Assembly (NCBI GenBank): GCA_964016885.1
Contig: OZ024742.1
Coordinates: forward strand, 132,618,001-132,682,000
Direction: 5' to 3'
DNA length: 64,000 nt
Source of the DNA: Eledone cirrhosa
Lineage: Eukaryota
Positions 1-14,949 of this stretch are shown here, in pieces (the stretch's first letter is position 1; each line of letters begins with the position of its first letter). The notes beneath the pieces are model-generated. The model had not been told where the DNA came from. It searched no databases and saw only the letters and a list, made by a program, of their open reading frames with translations. Position numbers and translations under genes: made by a program.

Positions 1-354
1 GAATTCAACAACAACAACACAAATATATACGGTAACACTACAGTCAACACTGATGAATTATCGATATTACAGCTACCACCTAAATATGCCACATATAATA
101 AGGTAAATATGATAAAATGCTTGTCAGAAATAGAAAAATCATTTACAAAATTACGTTGGAGCCACAAAAACAAAAACAAAAGTAACAACATACGCACACA
201 CACACACATACAACACACATCCCAACAATAACAGACACACAGACACAAAAAGCGATAACAACAACACACACATCAACAATAATAACATACTCAGAAACAA
301 CAACAGGCACACAGACACAAACAACAATAACAACACCCACAACAATAATAACAT

Positions 355-3113
355 ATGCGGAAACAACAACAACACACATCAACAACAACAACAACACCCA
401 CACGTTCTATGCGTCTCACCACCAGCACTATCTTAACAAACACACAGACACAGAAAACAGGTAATAACAGTAACACAGAAGTCAGGGAAGGTAATGGGAT
501 TGAAATGAGAAGGGAGACTATCGATACTGACAGGGAAAATATCCAGGACGAACACACGGACACACAAAATAGAGTAGATAATAGCAATGAGCCAGAGGAT
601 AGAGACAGGAGTAATAATGAGAGACGTAGAAACAACCATGTGGCTGTTGGTGGAAATTGAAATAGAAACAACACAACTAACAATAACAATAGCAATAGTA
701 CACATAAAGCAGTCGCCTGCAAATCTACTTGTTATAATCCTTCCGATATGTCCTTCGACTTACAACGAGTCCACGCCACGACTTTAGCTTTTAAAAAACG
801 CACGCAATTGCCGTCGCAAGTCGATGAACAAACAGAAGCACAATTTAGTATAGCTAGATCTAAACTTAGAAATATTATAGAATAGTATAACAAGAAGCAA
901 AATAGAATGGAAGCCCAGCAACTGGGAGAAAAATCTGCAAACGGCTTGCGTAAGCTCATGCAGCGCTCGCGTAATGGAGATATTGCATGCTTTCCAACAG
1001 ACAAGTCTGGAAGAATGTCGGTTGACTGTCTGTCAAACTACATCCAGGCAATGCAACCCCACATAACCAACACAAGAGAAATAACACCACAAGGGCATGA
1101 TGATAGGGAGAAAACCCTCAATGACCATATGATGATGTGGAAAAACTTAATGCAGCCCAATAAAAGGACTGGCAACAACTTCCAAGCCTGGAAAAATTAT
1201 GTTCCAGCGTTGTATGTGCTTCGAAAAGACCATAAAACGAGCAGTGACCCTGTCACAGGACCACCAACACGGGCAGTCTGTGGAGCTAACTTTGCTAGTA
1301 ACTACAGACTTTCCTACTTTCTCTCCCTTATCATACGCCTCATCATTGAAATGTCTCCAGTTATATGTGACAGCACGGAGGACCTGCTCAGCAGAATCAG
1401 CGAAATTGACCGATCTAGGGACCTAACAAACTGTATAATAGGTAGTATGGATGTTGTGTCCCTATATCCATCGATTGACGTGGATTTTGCTGTGGAGAAA
1501 TGCGAAGAAATGATCAGTGAGAGCAATGTTGAATTCCGTGGGATTGATACCAGTGAGCTGGGACTCCTACTTAAACTTACCTATAGCAATGATTATCTAG
1601 ATACATATGATCTTAGCAACTTGTGCCCTACAAGACCAGCAAGAGGCAGACCACCTACCATTACCTCAATGGCCAAGACAACACACACAGATAGATGGAA
1701 CGGGTGGATCAGAGCCATACGAACCCCCGGAACCCACGATGAACTAAAGAAAATGATTGCACATGTGGTGGGGGCCAGTATAAAATTAACCCTTAAGGAA
1801 CATACGATGAAATTTAATGGAAAAACATATGCCCAAGAGGAGGGAGCAGCCATTGGTGTTAGCATTGCAGGTGACATAGATAACCTATTCATGGTATGCT
1901 TTGACAATAGACTAAAACTTAAACTTAAAGAACAATTAGAAGACAGCAACCTCTTAACCCTGATAAGGTACTGCCGCTACGTTGATGATATAAACATCGT
2001 ATTAAAAACACCACCACTGGAGAACAGTCAGGAATTAGAGAAAAACACCATGGAAAGCATCCAGCAAATAGCTAACTCCATCCACCAGAATATTATATTA
2101 GAGTTACTATAAACTACCCAAGCAAACACGCCAACCATCGATTACCTGTACTAGACACAGAGCTCTGGTTAGAAACCATTAATAACAAAAGACAAATCCT
2201 ATATTCCCATTATGCCAAACACATGGCTTCCAAATATCTGATCCACCGAAACTCAGCTGTTTCGGACCACACCAAAATCAACATACTGTTTGCGGATTTG
2301 GTACGGGTGATGAGAAAAGTGTCCCGCATGTGCAACCCCAAAGAACTAGAGAGACATATACAACACTTCATCCAGCGTATGCAGTTCTCTGGTTACAATC
2401 AGAGAGATAAAATCAGAGTATATAGAGGAGCCAGAACCAAATGGGAAAAGATATAAATAATGATACAAATGGAACCTACGCCTTGCATAGGAGCAAATTT
2501 TGGAATAGAATAGAAAGAACTAGGAATAAGGTTAATAGAATAAACTCATGGTATGATAGCAATACATACCAGAGTGTAATGTTCATCAATACAACCCCTA
2601 GAGGTGAATTAGCTTACACATTTAGGAGGGCCCTAGATAAACTTAAACTCAATATTGAGATAATAGAAAGATCAGGTACCTCTATAAAAACACTTATTAG
2701 CAATACATACCCTTTTCAAAGACCTCCCTGTATAGATAGGAAATGTACCATCTGTAAACTAAGCCCCCATATTAACTGTAAAACTAGAAATGTAGTATAT
2801 AACATAAGATGTACTGAAGGGCAATGTAGAGATAAGAATATAGTGTACATACGTGAGACAGCTCGTACTATGGGAGAACGGATAAATGAACGCTGGCGAG
2901 AGCTTCACCACAGAAAAAGAATCATCTGTACTCCACCAACATACTAAAATAGAACATAAGGGTAAATTAGAGAACATAGAAATAAAAAAAGAATCTACAC
3001 ACAGAAAAGACGCAATGTTTAGACAAATCACAGACGCAATAAACATAAATGAACTCCAACCAAAATTAAATAGAAAACATGAATTTAGTAGCAACATCAC
3101 AACTTACAATTAA
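355..3113 (+). pseudogene. Disrupted PLE polyprotein ORF
   Basis: Frame 1 runs 355-2100 with in-frame stops at 658-660 (TGA) and 883-885 (TAG). Frameshifts lie near 2100, 2450 and 2915; the last is an extra A relative to the sister copy at about 57620. Confidence 0.85.
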
Positions 3114-3314
3114 AGACAAAATGAAAACACACACACACATATAACAAACAACCAACCAGTAATTTTAAAATAAAAAAATAAATAAACAAAGATAAACACG
3201 CACAGACACCCGGATGTAACACATGCGCAAACTAAGCACACAACACACACACAGAAACAAGATGGCGTAGGACAGAACAAAGGAGAGGCACAAAAACAAA
3301 GAAAAGTATCCCCA

Positions 3315-3357
3315 GTCACTGAAGAGGTCACAGAATGTGTGTCGAAAGAACTTTGAC
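3315..3357 (+). ncRNA. Minimal type-I hammerhead ribozyme, slightly mutated
   Basis: GTCA-CTGAAGA-G-GTCACA gaatg TGTGTC-GAAA-GAACTT-TGAC. Stem I is GTCA/TGAC. Consensus with the 57171 copy gives a perfect stem II and the palindromic stem III AAAGTACTTT. Confidence 0.75.
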
Positions 3358-3567
3358 AATGTATGAACAATCGTCCGGTTGTGGAACCAACCAACCAACA
3401 GGAAATTTATAAATTTAATTTATAATAAATTGGAGTGAAAGCTATGAGGCGTGTGTTTCTTATTGGCAACATGACCCTCCCAAAGCATAACAATATATAT
3501 ATATATATACATGCCTCAGTAAGGTATACATAATTAATCTGTTGAAGTCACCGATTGAACTGTGGCA

Positions 3568-3602
3568 TGCTCTGATGAGGTAATGAATTACCCACAGAAG
3601 CA
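3568..3602 (+). ncRNA. Degenerate hammerhead-like motif
   Basis: TGCT-CTGATGA-GGTAAT ga ATTACC-(GAAA missing)-CACAGA-AGCA, with AATAAA about 20 nt downstream. Confidence 0.4.
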
Positions 3603-3824
3603 CCTAATCCTATTATATAGTAATAAAATATTTTTTTCTAAACTGGCTTTCACATATTTTTCATTGAGGCATTTTACTCCATTTCTGTACCACACACCAG
3701 ATACCATATCTATGGAAGTTACACATGACGTTCAATGATTTTGCTTATAATACCACGGCCTGCTGATTGGAATGACTGGATCTCAAACCCAGCTATATAT
3801 TAGTGAAACCATACAACATACAGC

Positions 3825-3867
<43 letters not shown>

Positions 3868-4095
3868 TGTGTATTTGCCAATAAATTTGTGTATATATTT
3901 CTATATATATCTGCGTGTAGATGTGTAGATATATAAGTAGAAATATAGAAATGCATGAAAATATGAGTTTGTGAGAGTGTGTACGTCTGTATACATGAAT
4001 ATGTGTGTGTATATATATATACGTACATATATGTTTATATATATATATATTAATTGTAAACAACAAGATCGAAATCACTGGATATCGATCTAAAC

Positions 4096-5264
<1,169 letters not shown>

Positions 5265-5619
5265 GTATGTGTGTGTGTTTCTGTGTGTGTGAGTGTGTAT
5301 GTGTTTGTGTGTGTTTGTGCGTGTGTTTGTACGTGTGAGTGAAGGAGATATAAAGTCTTTGCCTAATTTTATAGGGTTAAGTACAGAATTGAAATGAATA
5401 ATCGATAAACGTAGATAGTATTAAATGCATTGATAAATGGGAAGATACACCAAACAATCTATATTCTGCACATTACGTATGAAAGTCTCTCTCTATATAT
5501 ACTTATATGTATAAATGTGTTGATCAGGATTATACCGACTTAGACAAGCTCATTAGAGTATTTGCCTATCCTAACTCTGCTGGTCAATGGTCTTACTAGT
5601 TTAAACTGGTAAAATCGTT

Positions 5620-6267
<648 letters not shown>

Positions 6268-6289
6268 GTCACAGAAAGAGTGAAAACAA

Positions 6290-7120
6290 TCCTTGCTCGA
6301 AAAGCCATTAATCTGGATATCAGATAAATCTCCCGAAAACGTATTTCCGAGAATGGGTGTTTGTGCTCACTTCTCCACAGCCTTTACCTGTCCGATGTTT
6401 AGTCACGTATATTCTCAAAGTGTTGCCTGAGTTCTTTCCATCTAAAAAGGCTGTTAAATGGAAATGATAGGAACTAAGATGCCCCAACCATGATATATTG
6501 TTGCCATTATTCCATATCACTCTACGCCCTGCAGCTATTAGTGGTGGACAGATTTCAAGATCAACTTATAGTTAAAAAAATATGCTAAGCTGTGCGATTT
6601 CCATTAATGATGATGTATAATACCCTTTTCACCTCCACTGGTTAAGAAGTATACTTTTTTCTTTCTAGCTCTCCAGACTCTCCGCTAACTAGACAGTCGT
6701 AATAATCTTATTTTCCTTACTAATCTTATTATACCAACTTTATTTCCCCGTATGCTTCTATCGGTATATATCTGTTAGTTATACGAATCACTCGCTTTCA
6801 CACAGATCACTCTAATAAACTCTACCTTTCAGTGGAGTGAATCTGATTTTCTCTTTAATAATTCAGTATATCATGAAATACTCTGGCCATGGTATGTTTC
6901 AAATCAAATACCATGTTCTCATAACAAGATTTAAGCCATGCTAACGCTGCCTAATGAATGTATGTTTGTTTTGAGTAATGGGCACGCTAGATTAATAGAA
7001 TGATCCAGCACAGTAGCACAGAAAATGCTCCAAATATATCCACCATATTCAAAGCAGCTTGTATTTCCATGCAATCGCCATTGGTATTTCGGTGATTGGG
7101 TAGATTTCAGATTTATAGAT
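6290..7120 (-). mobile_element. Highly decayed DNA transposase remnant, hATm/Cc8K15.2-like
   Basis: Minus-strand fragments in the expected order: STQSPKY, YENMVFDLK, RRVWRAR, CPPL, TQA, GCGE, FSSKDCF. They resemble the STDQKYL / Y.PMWF.IK / LA.RRI.KAR / EPPL / HTQAVER / F.SK.DF motifs of that family (recalled, weak). Confidence 0.35.
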
Positions 7121-7149
7121 TGCATCATGTTTTCAAGGGTGATATATTG

Positions 7150-8660
7150 TTTAAAGTAAAACAAGTGATTCTGGCAACTATGGCTTTAAATAGCAAGCAG
7201 TTTTGGACGAATGCACAACTCCCATAATTTTCGTTGGAAACTAACGTTGAAGCAAATTCTAAATTTGTATCTGTATGTCCCGAGAAGCTTACTTGAGTTG
7301 GAAAAGACACAAATCTTGAAGCAGCACTGACTAAGGGGTTTGACCAACAACGTTTTTGTCCAAGAAATTCTGCTCCTAAACCAATTAGATAGACAGGCAT
7401 CAATAATATCGAAACTAGTGACAAGTGCTCATGGCAATTTAGAAATCGTCATGGAATGAGTAATTAAATTGTTCATTGTGAAATAGACAGGCATAAACCG
7501 AAGAAATCAAACCACTCAGAAAGTAGTTAGATGACTTAATAAAGTGTGAAGGATCTCTAATTTCCCAAATGTATAATAGACATGTAATTGTATTGTACTG
7601 GCGATCTTAACACTGAATGGCCCAGCCTTTTATAATGAAATTTTCACACATTGTCGTAGATTAAGTAACGAGCAATTTTCAGCTTGCTTTGCGCGAACGC
7701 AGATGGTAAGGCACCTTCTTAATTTAGTGATGGTGGGGAGTTCAGCAACTCCGTGTCTTTCGAAAGCCATATTACACCAGTTCCCAGCGAAATATTACCA
7801 TGCTACGAAATCATATTTCAACATACATATTTTACTGACTTTTTTCTCTCGCATTCATTTCCTATAGTGTTTGAATACCCCGAACATTTCGTCACACATT
7901 CTGCTGATGAGGTGAAAGTGTTACAAATTTTAAGGAAGGCTTTTTCTCATTCGGCAGTCACCAGCCTGTCAGTAACAATGTTAAATCTAGCTGCAAATCC
8001 TTAACACGAATTAGGCCCTCCCTGATGAAGCCAATGAATTAGAGTATAATTGTAAAAGCCTATAACAACGATGTTATGTTTAAGGAGCACAATATTATGA
8101 ACGATAAATGTAGGCAGAGGAATATTAATCTAATCAGAAATAGAATCTCATTATAGCGCTATACCATTTAAGAGCTCCATGGAAAGCAATGGAAACTACA
8201 AAAGTAGCCAATGCCTGATACATATCTTCTGGTGATGTTGAAGAAGAATACGATCTTAAATGAATGTTGGCAAGGGATTTTCATCGCGAATTTCAGAACG
8301 CCGCTGAAAAGGACGTCGCAGAAGACAATGTAAGAATCCGGCTAAAAGATCCAAATTATGAACCTGAATACGAAATATTTACAGCATAACAAATAGCAAA
8401 TTATCTTCCAGTTGAAAACAGCAAAGTTATTGAGAATAATGAAGACGTAGAATTATTGTGTATGAAAGAAAACTCCCCTGTTATATATGAATCCTGGTTA
8501 ACATAATTTCACATTGCTCTGTGAACATTGACTGCTATTCAGCGATGTCATGAACAGCTTTGACCGTCCATGGGAATCCTTCCTAATCCAGAATCAGTAT
8601 CAAGAAAACAAAAATATCAAGCTCATCTGATTCTTCGAGCAAATATATACCGTACCTCTG
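7150..8660 (+). mobile_element. Tigger/pogo transposase pseudogene
   Basis: Motifs across frames: LEAALTKGFDQQR and FRNRHGM (CENP-B HTH), SQMYN...LYWR, LLCANADG, LHQFPAKYYH, LMKPMN.SII (QPMDQGII). Confidence 0.75.
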
Positions 8661-8788
8661 GAGTTGTTAGATCGAATTAGCCAAGAATAATACAAAAAAT
8701 TACAATTAATATGTTTCTTCTTCTTCTTCTTCTTCTTCTTCTTCTTCTTCTTCTTTATAACAATAATAATAATATAATAATAATAATA

Positions 8789-10625
8789 GTAATTCTTTAT
8801 TAACCACAAGGGTTTACATAAAGTAGACATTAAGGACAGTACAGGACAATAAAGGACGGAACAAATGGGCATTTCTGCGTGTAAAAAACAAAAACAGAGG
8901 ATGTGACAAACAAATAACAATTAAAAATTCCACAATACGTGGGGAGACTTCCGAGGGACATTCGCGGAGAAAGCCCATTAAAAAGCCACGGTGACCCCGA
9001 CCACCAGGGCAAGTGCCCTCTCCCAGTGTTCCACCTTTAATTTACAGGCACATACTCAGAGTAGGCCCATTCACTCGGGTCATTCTCGCCTCTCTCACAC
9101 ATCTTTCAACAAAATGCTGGGAAGAGAGCACTTCCCTCTCTACCCTGATTTTCCTTTTCAAATGAAATTTGAAAAAGTTAATCAGGGCATCACCGAAGAG
9201 GTAAGTGCTCGTCTTCAGCCCTTTCAAACATGGCCATCAGACAGATTAAAACTGCTTCCCCTTCCCGGCTAAAGGGAGAGGGCGAGGAAATCCTCACGAT
9301 GGACTCAGCTGATAGCTGGATCCGTCCTACACGCGACAGCAGGTGTTCGACATAAACCCACAAGTCAGCAATGCTCGGACACTGGACGAGTGCGTGCAGG
9401 ACGGTTTCGTCGTCCTGCGCGCATCTCAGACATGCCCGGCTGACGGCACCTCCATGCCTGTAGAGTTTATCCCGAACTGGCAAAGCACCTCGGTAGCACT
9501 GCCAGGCCAGGGATTTCTGGAAGTTGTCCATAGGCCCCGGCCCGAAAGTTCTTCCGAAGAGATGGGCTAGTTGATTTTCGTCGACGCTTAGAGTTTCCCT
9601 ACTACGTCGTCGTTCTTCCCCTCCACTAATCCTCTATAGAACGCCAAGGTGGAGTTTCCACCGATCACATTGCCCGTTTGGTCGAGGGCTGTGAGCTCCT
9701 GAAGACATTCCAGTCTCCAAGAGCTCCCTCTCGGTCTTCGCTTGACACAGGACTGCTGCTCCGTCAACTAGACGAGCTGGGGAAAGACGCGTCTTGAAAA
9801 CGGTGACAACACCTGATCACCCCCGAGGAAGAGGTGGAGATGTCGTAGCCCGAGCGTGTGTCTGCGCATCATCAGCCACGGCACGCTCAGCCCTGCACGT
9901 AGCGGGTGTTGACAGCAGATGGATCGCCTGACCATCGGAGCGCGTCACTTCCACAAAAAGCGAAAGAGCAAACGCTCCAACGCAGTCAGGCGGGGCTTAG
10001 GACAAGGTACCACGGTCAGGCGGTAGTAGATGACGGACGCGATGTACGCGTTAGCCACCTCCGCTCGACCTTTCAAGAATAGCTTCCTCTCCGCTCATTT
10101 CTGGGTGAGAGAAGCCACCTTGTCCCAGTTTTTCTCCGTCTGGAGATCCGGACCGAACCAGACCCCTAGCAATTTAACCGGTCCGTCCGTTCAGCGCCCG
10201 ACGACAATGTTGGACAGCATGGACCAGCCTCTCCAGGTGTCGAGATTTAGGCCCACAGACTTTTCCTGGTTGATCATTGCTCCTGTCAACGCTTCGTATT
10301 CTCTTAGTGTAGTGCCGATCGCCTCGATGTGTTTGGCGTTCGACACCACTACGGTGACATCGTCCGCCTATGCTGACCCGGATCTTCCGCATCCTAATTC
10401 GCGCGGGATCCCCCTCAACGTCTCCAGTTTGTGAGGTAATGGTTCGAGAGTCAATACGTACAAGAGAGACGAGATGGGACATCCTTGGCGGACCGAGCGC
10501 ATGATGTTGAGCGGTTCCGAAAGGTGACTGTTCACTCTACCACAGAGTAGATGTCGCTGTGCATGGCAGCGATCCAGCCTCTGAAGACGGGCCCCAAAGC
10601 CAGCCGCACTCACTGCCGGATCGAG
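8789..10625 (-). mobile_element. 5'-truncated Tx1/L1-clade LINE (RT C-terminal half + zf-RVT), with (TAT)n tail
   Basis: VRQGCPISSLLY, SAYADDV, INQEKS and ALPVRDKLYRHG...CLRC...ETVLHALVQC motifs; AATAAA then (TAT)n at about 8790. Confidence 0.88.
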
Positions 10626-12812
10626 GGATGGACTTTAGAGATTAAGTTGGAAATGGAGAGTGGAGTATGCCAGGCAAATGAGCCAGTGGGAAATGAATGT
10701 GAAGTGGTTGAGAGAACGGAGGAACCATCAGAAGCCAACAATGATCTGAATGCTGAAATAAATAATACCTGGAACAAAGAAACGGCCATTGAGGAAATGA
10801 AGCTGACGGGCTAGGACATGATTTGGTTGATATCCTAAACTTAGTGGTAGATAAAATGAACAATGATAGTGGGAAACATATGATCCTAAGATTTGTAGAC
10901 AGGAAAAAATAAAAAAAAACAACAGCTAAGGTAAACAAAGTCATCCCATACCTTATGGCGAGGAGCCTTCAGCAGTGCAACAATATCACCAAAGCAAGAG
11001 CAAATGCGGTGGGGAAATTACTTGGCATAAAAGAGAGAGGAAACAACAAACAAGAAAGATCAGAACCTTGGTGGAAGAAACGACTGAATGGTCAAATCAG
11101 GGAAATGAAAAATGACATTGGAAAGCTTGATTCCCTACTGAATGGGACACTAAAAACATAGACACTAAAAATAGACTGGAAATAAAGTACAAAACTAGGA
11201 GGAAAAAGCTAAATATTATCATAGAGGAACTGAAGCAACGCATTGTAGCAAAGAGTGCAAAAATTAGGCGATACAAGAGCAGAGTCAGTCAGTATAGACA
11301 GAACCGCATATTTGACAACAGCCAGAGATGTTGTTTGGACAGCTTGAAGGGAAAGAAATAGGCAACGACTTCATCCCTGAGCTGGAGAGGAATAATGGAG
11401 CAGGATGTTAAACATAACGTTAAACATAATGTTAAACATAATGACCAGGCAGTGTGGATTGAGATGGTACAAAAGGAGATTAGTGAACAGTCAAACAAAC
11501 AGACTTATTTGAGTATCACAGTTGAAACTCTTAAGGGGCAGGCCAAAAAACTAACCAACTGGAAATCACCAGGCCCAGATGGTGTGCAGCGGTATTGGAT
11601 TAAAAATATAACATCCCACCACCCGAAACTGACAACCATGTTCAATGACTGCTTGATGTCAGGTGAGGTACCAGAGTGGTTGACAAAAGGTACCACAGTT
11701 CTGGTAATGAAAGACCGAATCAAGGGTAATGATATTACCAACTATAGACCTATCATATGTCTGTCCGTAATGTGGAAACTGTTGACAAGCATTATGTCTG
11801 ATGAAATCTACAATCACCTCCACACAAACAACTTGTTACCGGACGAACAGAAAGGATGCCAAAAGAAGTCCCGTCGTACAAAGGACCAGTTACTTATTGA
11901 TAAGATGGTAATGAGGAATTGCAAGAGGAGACACACTGGTCTTGCCATGGGATGGATAGACTACAAAAAGGCATTTGACATGGTGCCTCATGGTACCTTC
12001 TTTGAGAAAACTGAATTCAGAGATCCACATACATAGAACTGGTTGAAAAGAGGAGACCTTAAAAAAGGCTACAGAAGTAATGCTAATGGCAGCGCAAGAG
12101 CAGGCTCTCAAAACGAAGTGGCTGAAACACCATATTTTCAAGGAGGATGCTAGTTCACTGTACAGGATCTGTGGAGAGAGAGAGAGAGAGGAGACTGTGG
12201 CTCACATTGTATCCGTGTGTAAACACCTAGCCCAGAATCACTATAAAGGCTGGAGACATGATGTGATGGGCAGGGTAATCCACTGGCACTTATGCAAAGA
12301 AAACAATTTACCACATTCTGAGAGGTTGAATGAGCATAAGCCAGAGTCGGTGATAGAAAACGATCAGGTGAAGGTGCTGTGGGTTTTAGGATACAGACGG
12401 ACAAGAAACTGGAACACAATAGACCTGACCTGGTGGTTTTGGACAAGGAAAGAAGATCGTGTCTGATTGTTGATGTGGCCTGCCCATTCGAGACGAGAGT
12501 GCAAGAGAAGGTGAGGGAGAAAATTAACCGATACTAGGACTTAAAGTGGGAGGTAAAAACGATTTGGAACTGCCATGAAATCAAAGTGGTCCCGATTATC
12601 ATAGGCGCAATAGGTACTATCTCAAAGAGTTTCCAGGGATGGTTAAAGAAAATTGGCCCTCCCCGCTTTTTGGAACACTTCAAAAGGCATGCTTGCTGGG
12701 AACAGCAAGAACCCTCCGATACGTCCTGAATATCTGAGGCTGCAGGTAGTGGCTTGATATTCATTCAACAAACTTTCCAGTTAACCAACATCAATGACTG
12801 AGACTCAAAGAA
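10626..12812 (+). mobile_element. R4/Dong-clade non-LTR retrotransposon with restriction-like endonuclease, internally deleted
   Basis: WKSPGPDG, YRPIICL, EQKGC and WIDYKKAFDMVPH, then a jump to the C-terminus: AAQEQAL, RICG..ETVAHIVSVC, RHD, NRPDLVV..VDVACP. Ends in (TAA)n, the known Dong-type target. Confidence 0.88.
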
Positions 12813-12813
12813 C

Positions 12814-12849
<36 letters not shown>

Positions 12850-13660
12850 CGCCTTCAGCCATATATGCTTAGAAGACTCATGGAGCCGAGACCTCAAATA
12901 CGAGTGGGATCTGTCAGAAGCAACCGTCTCCAGTAGTTCCGATTGAATCCCCAGGTGAGATTAGCAGAGTTCTTCGATGTTATCCAGCCATGTTAATCGA
13001 AGTCTACCCTTAGGTCTCCTGCCGGGTGGTTTTGTCGATAAAATGTGCCCAGCACTTTTTTCCTGAGATATTGTAACCACATGCCACATAAGCAATGTCA
13101 ATCGGGAGTGATCATCCCAATTTTCAAAAACAGTGACAAGAGAAATTGCTCCAGTTAAAGTGGGAACTTATTTTTAAGCCTCTCCGGTAAAGTCTATGCT
13201 ATGTGTCTGGCAAAGAGATATATCAATATATAGATATTGTTAACTCCAGATTAGCTAAAGAACATTGTGCTTTTCACCCCGGATAAAGTTCAGGTTTTGT
13301 ACACATTCACTCTGAGAAATTGGGGGAGTATTTCCCAGTAATGTATGCTTATTTGTTAGACCACGGATGGCATATAACCACGTTCTACGGGACCTGTTGT
13401 GAAAAGTTCAGTAGCAGTTTGGGATCGATGGAAAACTCCTGTTTACCTCACGTCTCTATGCGAAAGGCCTAGTATTTGTATACGGATAAATGGTTCTAAT
13501 TCGAATCCATTTGATGTGGGTGTCGGACTCGACCAGGGATGCCTACTGTCACCTCTTCTGTACATAAATATCAGTTAGGTTTGACATGCACAGCCATGTC
13601 GGAAGTGGCATCCTGACTGGCGGCTGTAGTATCAGTCAGCTGGAATTTGCAGAAGGTGAT
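12850..13660. mobile_element. RTE LINE fragment: 3' end on minus (12850-13090) joined to an inverted RT piece on plus (13130-13660)
   Basis: Minus strand reads RRPKGRLRLTWLDNI...LGIQSELLETVASD; plus strand reads VGLDQGCLLSPLL. Both match the copy at 26610-27215. Confidence 0.65.
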
Positions 13661-14366
13661 GATTTTATATAGGCATTCAAATAATATTTACATGATTGCC
13701 GATTATATATGTTTTTGTCACTCATTCAACGCTTCATCCTCTCTGCTTCTCCCACTTCGCTATATGTATATATATATATATATATAATTATGGATGAAAT
13801 AATCATATTCGGCGGTAGTTTGTACTGACGGTCTCGGTGGGAGGGTGAACCATTTAAAAGTAGCGCGGTTTGAGACCATAGCACCTAAAGGGAATAAACC
13901 CTCATAATTTTTCGTAGTGGGCCTTAGAGATATACCTACCTTGTGGTAAGACCCACGCCAAGATTTCCACATACTGAAATAATTCTATCAGGTAGAATAC
14001 CTAATAGAAGGTACTGCCATCAATATTATAATAAATAAAACGTGGGCAGGGTCGATCCGGAGACTTGCTGCATATCCCACATTGATAGTCTCTCGTTCAG
14101 AATTTAAATATATGATATTCGCTAAACTCTGTCACGAAATTCTTCCTACAATCGTTGTTATTGTATCAAAATTGATACTGCGTGAAACTGAGCATTGGGT
14201 ATGCACTATATCAGCACCCTAGCTGAAAACTGTGTGATGATATGTTACCATAACGTTGACATAAGAACATCAATACCAGAAAGTTAAAATAGCCGTTAAA
14301 AACTTTACTTTTCTTTGATATAATTAGTTCTCCAATTAAAACTTTGTTTTCTATGTGTTGCTTCTA

Positions 14367-14429
14367 ACTGTCTGAAGAGGACATACGTTTCTGAATTGTG
14401 GCTTTTCACCGAAATATATATATAACGGT
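14367..14429 (+). ncRNA. Hammerhead ribozyme (long stem II), probably in a PLE pseudo-LTR
   Basis: ACTGT-CTGAAGA-GG...CC-GAAA-TATATATA-TA-ACGGT followed immediately by AATAAA; stem I pairs 5 bp. Confidence 0.7.
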
Positions 14430-14949
14430 AATAAAACAACTATATTATGTAATGTTGACTTATGCCTCTTCTTTATATATATGACGCTAGGTATTTTCCA
14501 ACCTACATATTATGTATGATGCTATAGATCTCTAACTACTATAGATCAGTCAATACATCAATATGATCAACCCTCTGAAACGATCGTAACGCGATGAAAT
14601 GAATATTTAAACTAACTTTCCTTTGTTATCATTATCATTGTTAAACTAATATCTAATATATCTATATTCACACACTGGAAGTGGAAATGTTGGAAGTAGA
14701 CATGTCTCATGCAAATCCATAGAGGAATGATTCGAATCGTTTCACCAACTGTTATTATTATCCAACGTCCAAGATATTAAAATTGAATGTAGGTCTCGAA
14801 ATTTGTAAGCAAAATATTTCACCTTTATGTTCATGCATTCACTCATTGATTGAATACTCACTCTCTCACTGACTTATAAGTCACCACGGTCGATGTTACG
14901 CTTAATGTCATTTGATGAGTAACTTGATAAATAGCTTGTATTTAGAAAT

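Larger units (their letters stand above)
355..3494 (+). mobile_element. Penelope-like element (RT + C-terminal GIY-YIG endonuclease), degenerate, with 3' pseudo-LTR ending in (TA)n
   Basis: ORF 907-2112 has TDKSG, GSMDVVSLYPSI, GAAIG and RYVDD motifs. The frameshifted continuation reads LPVLDTELW...SHYAKHMASK. A Cys-rich linker precedes NVVYNIRC...YIRETARTMGERINE (GIY-YIG), and the ORF ends QPKLNRKHEF at 3113. An HHR lies in the 3' UTR. Confidence 0.92.

Noticed and set aside
658-660. In-frame TGA in the PLE ORF as possible selenocysteine (reported for some Naiad PLEs)
   Set aside because: It lies in a low-complexity region of a copy that also has a TAG and frameshifts; the conserved Cys positions are ordinary Cys codons.
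7886-7920. 17-nt match (TTTCGTCACACATTCTG) to the 57181 HHR stem II, next to CTGATGA
   Set aside because: It lies inside the Tigger coding remnant and forms no coherent HHR stems; probably chance.
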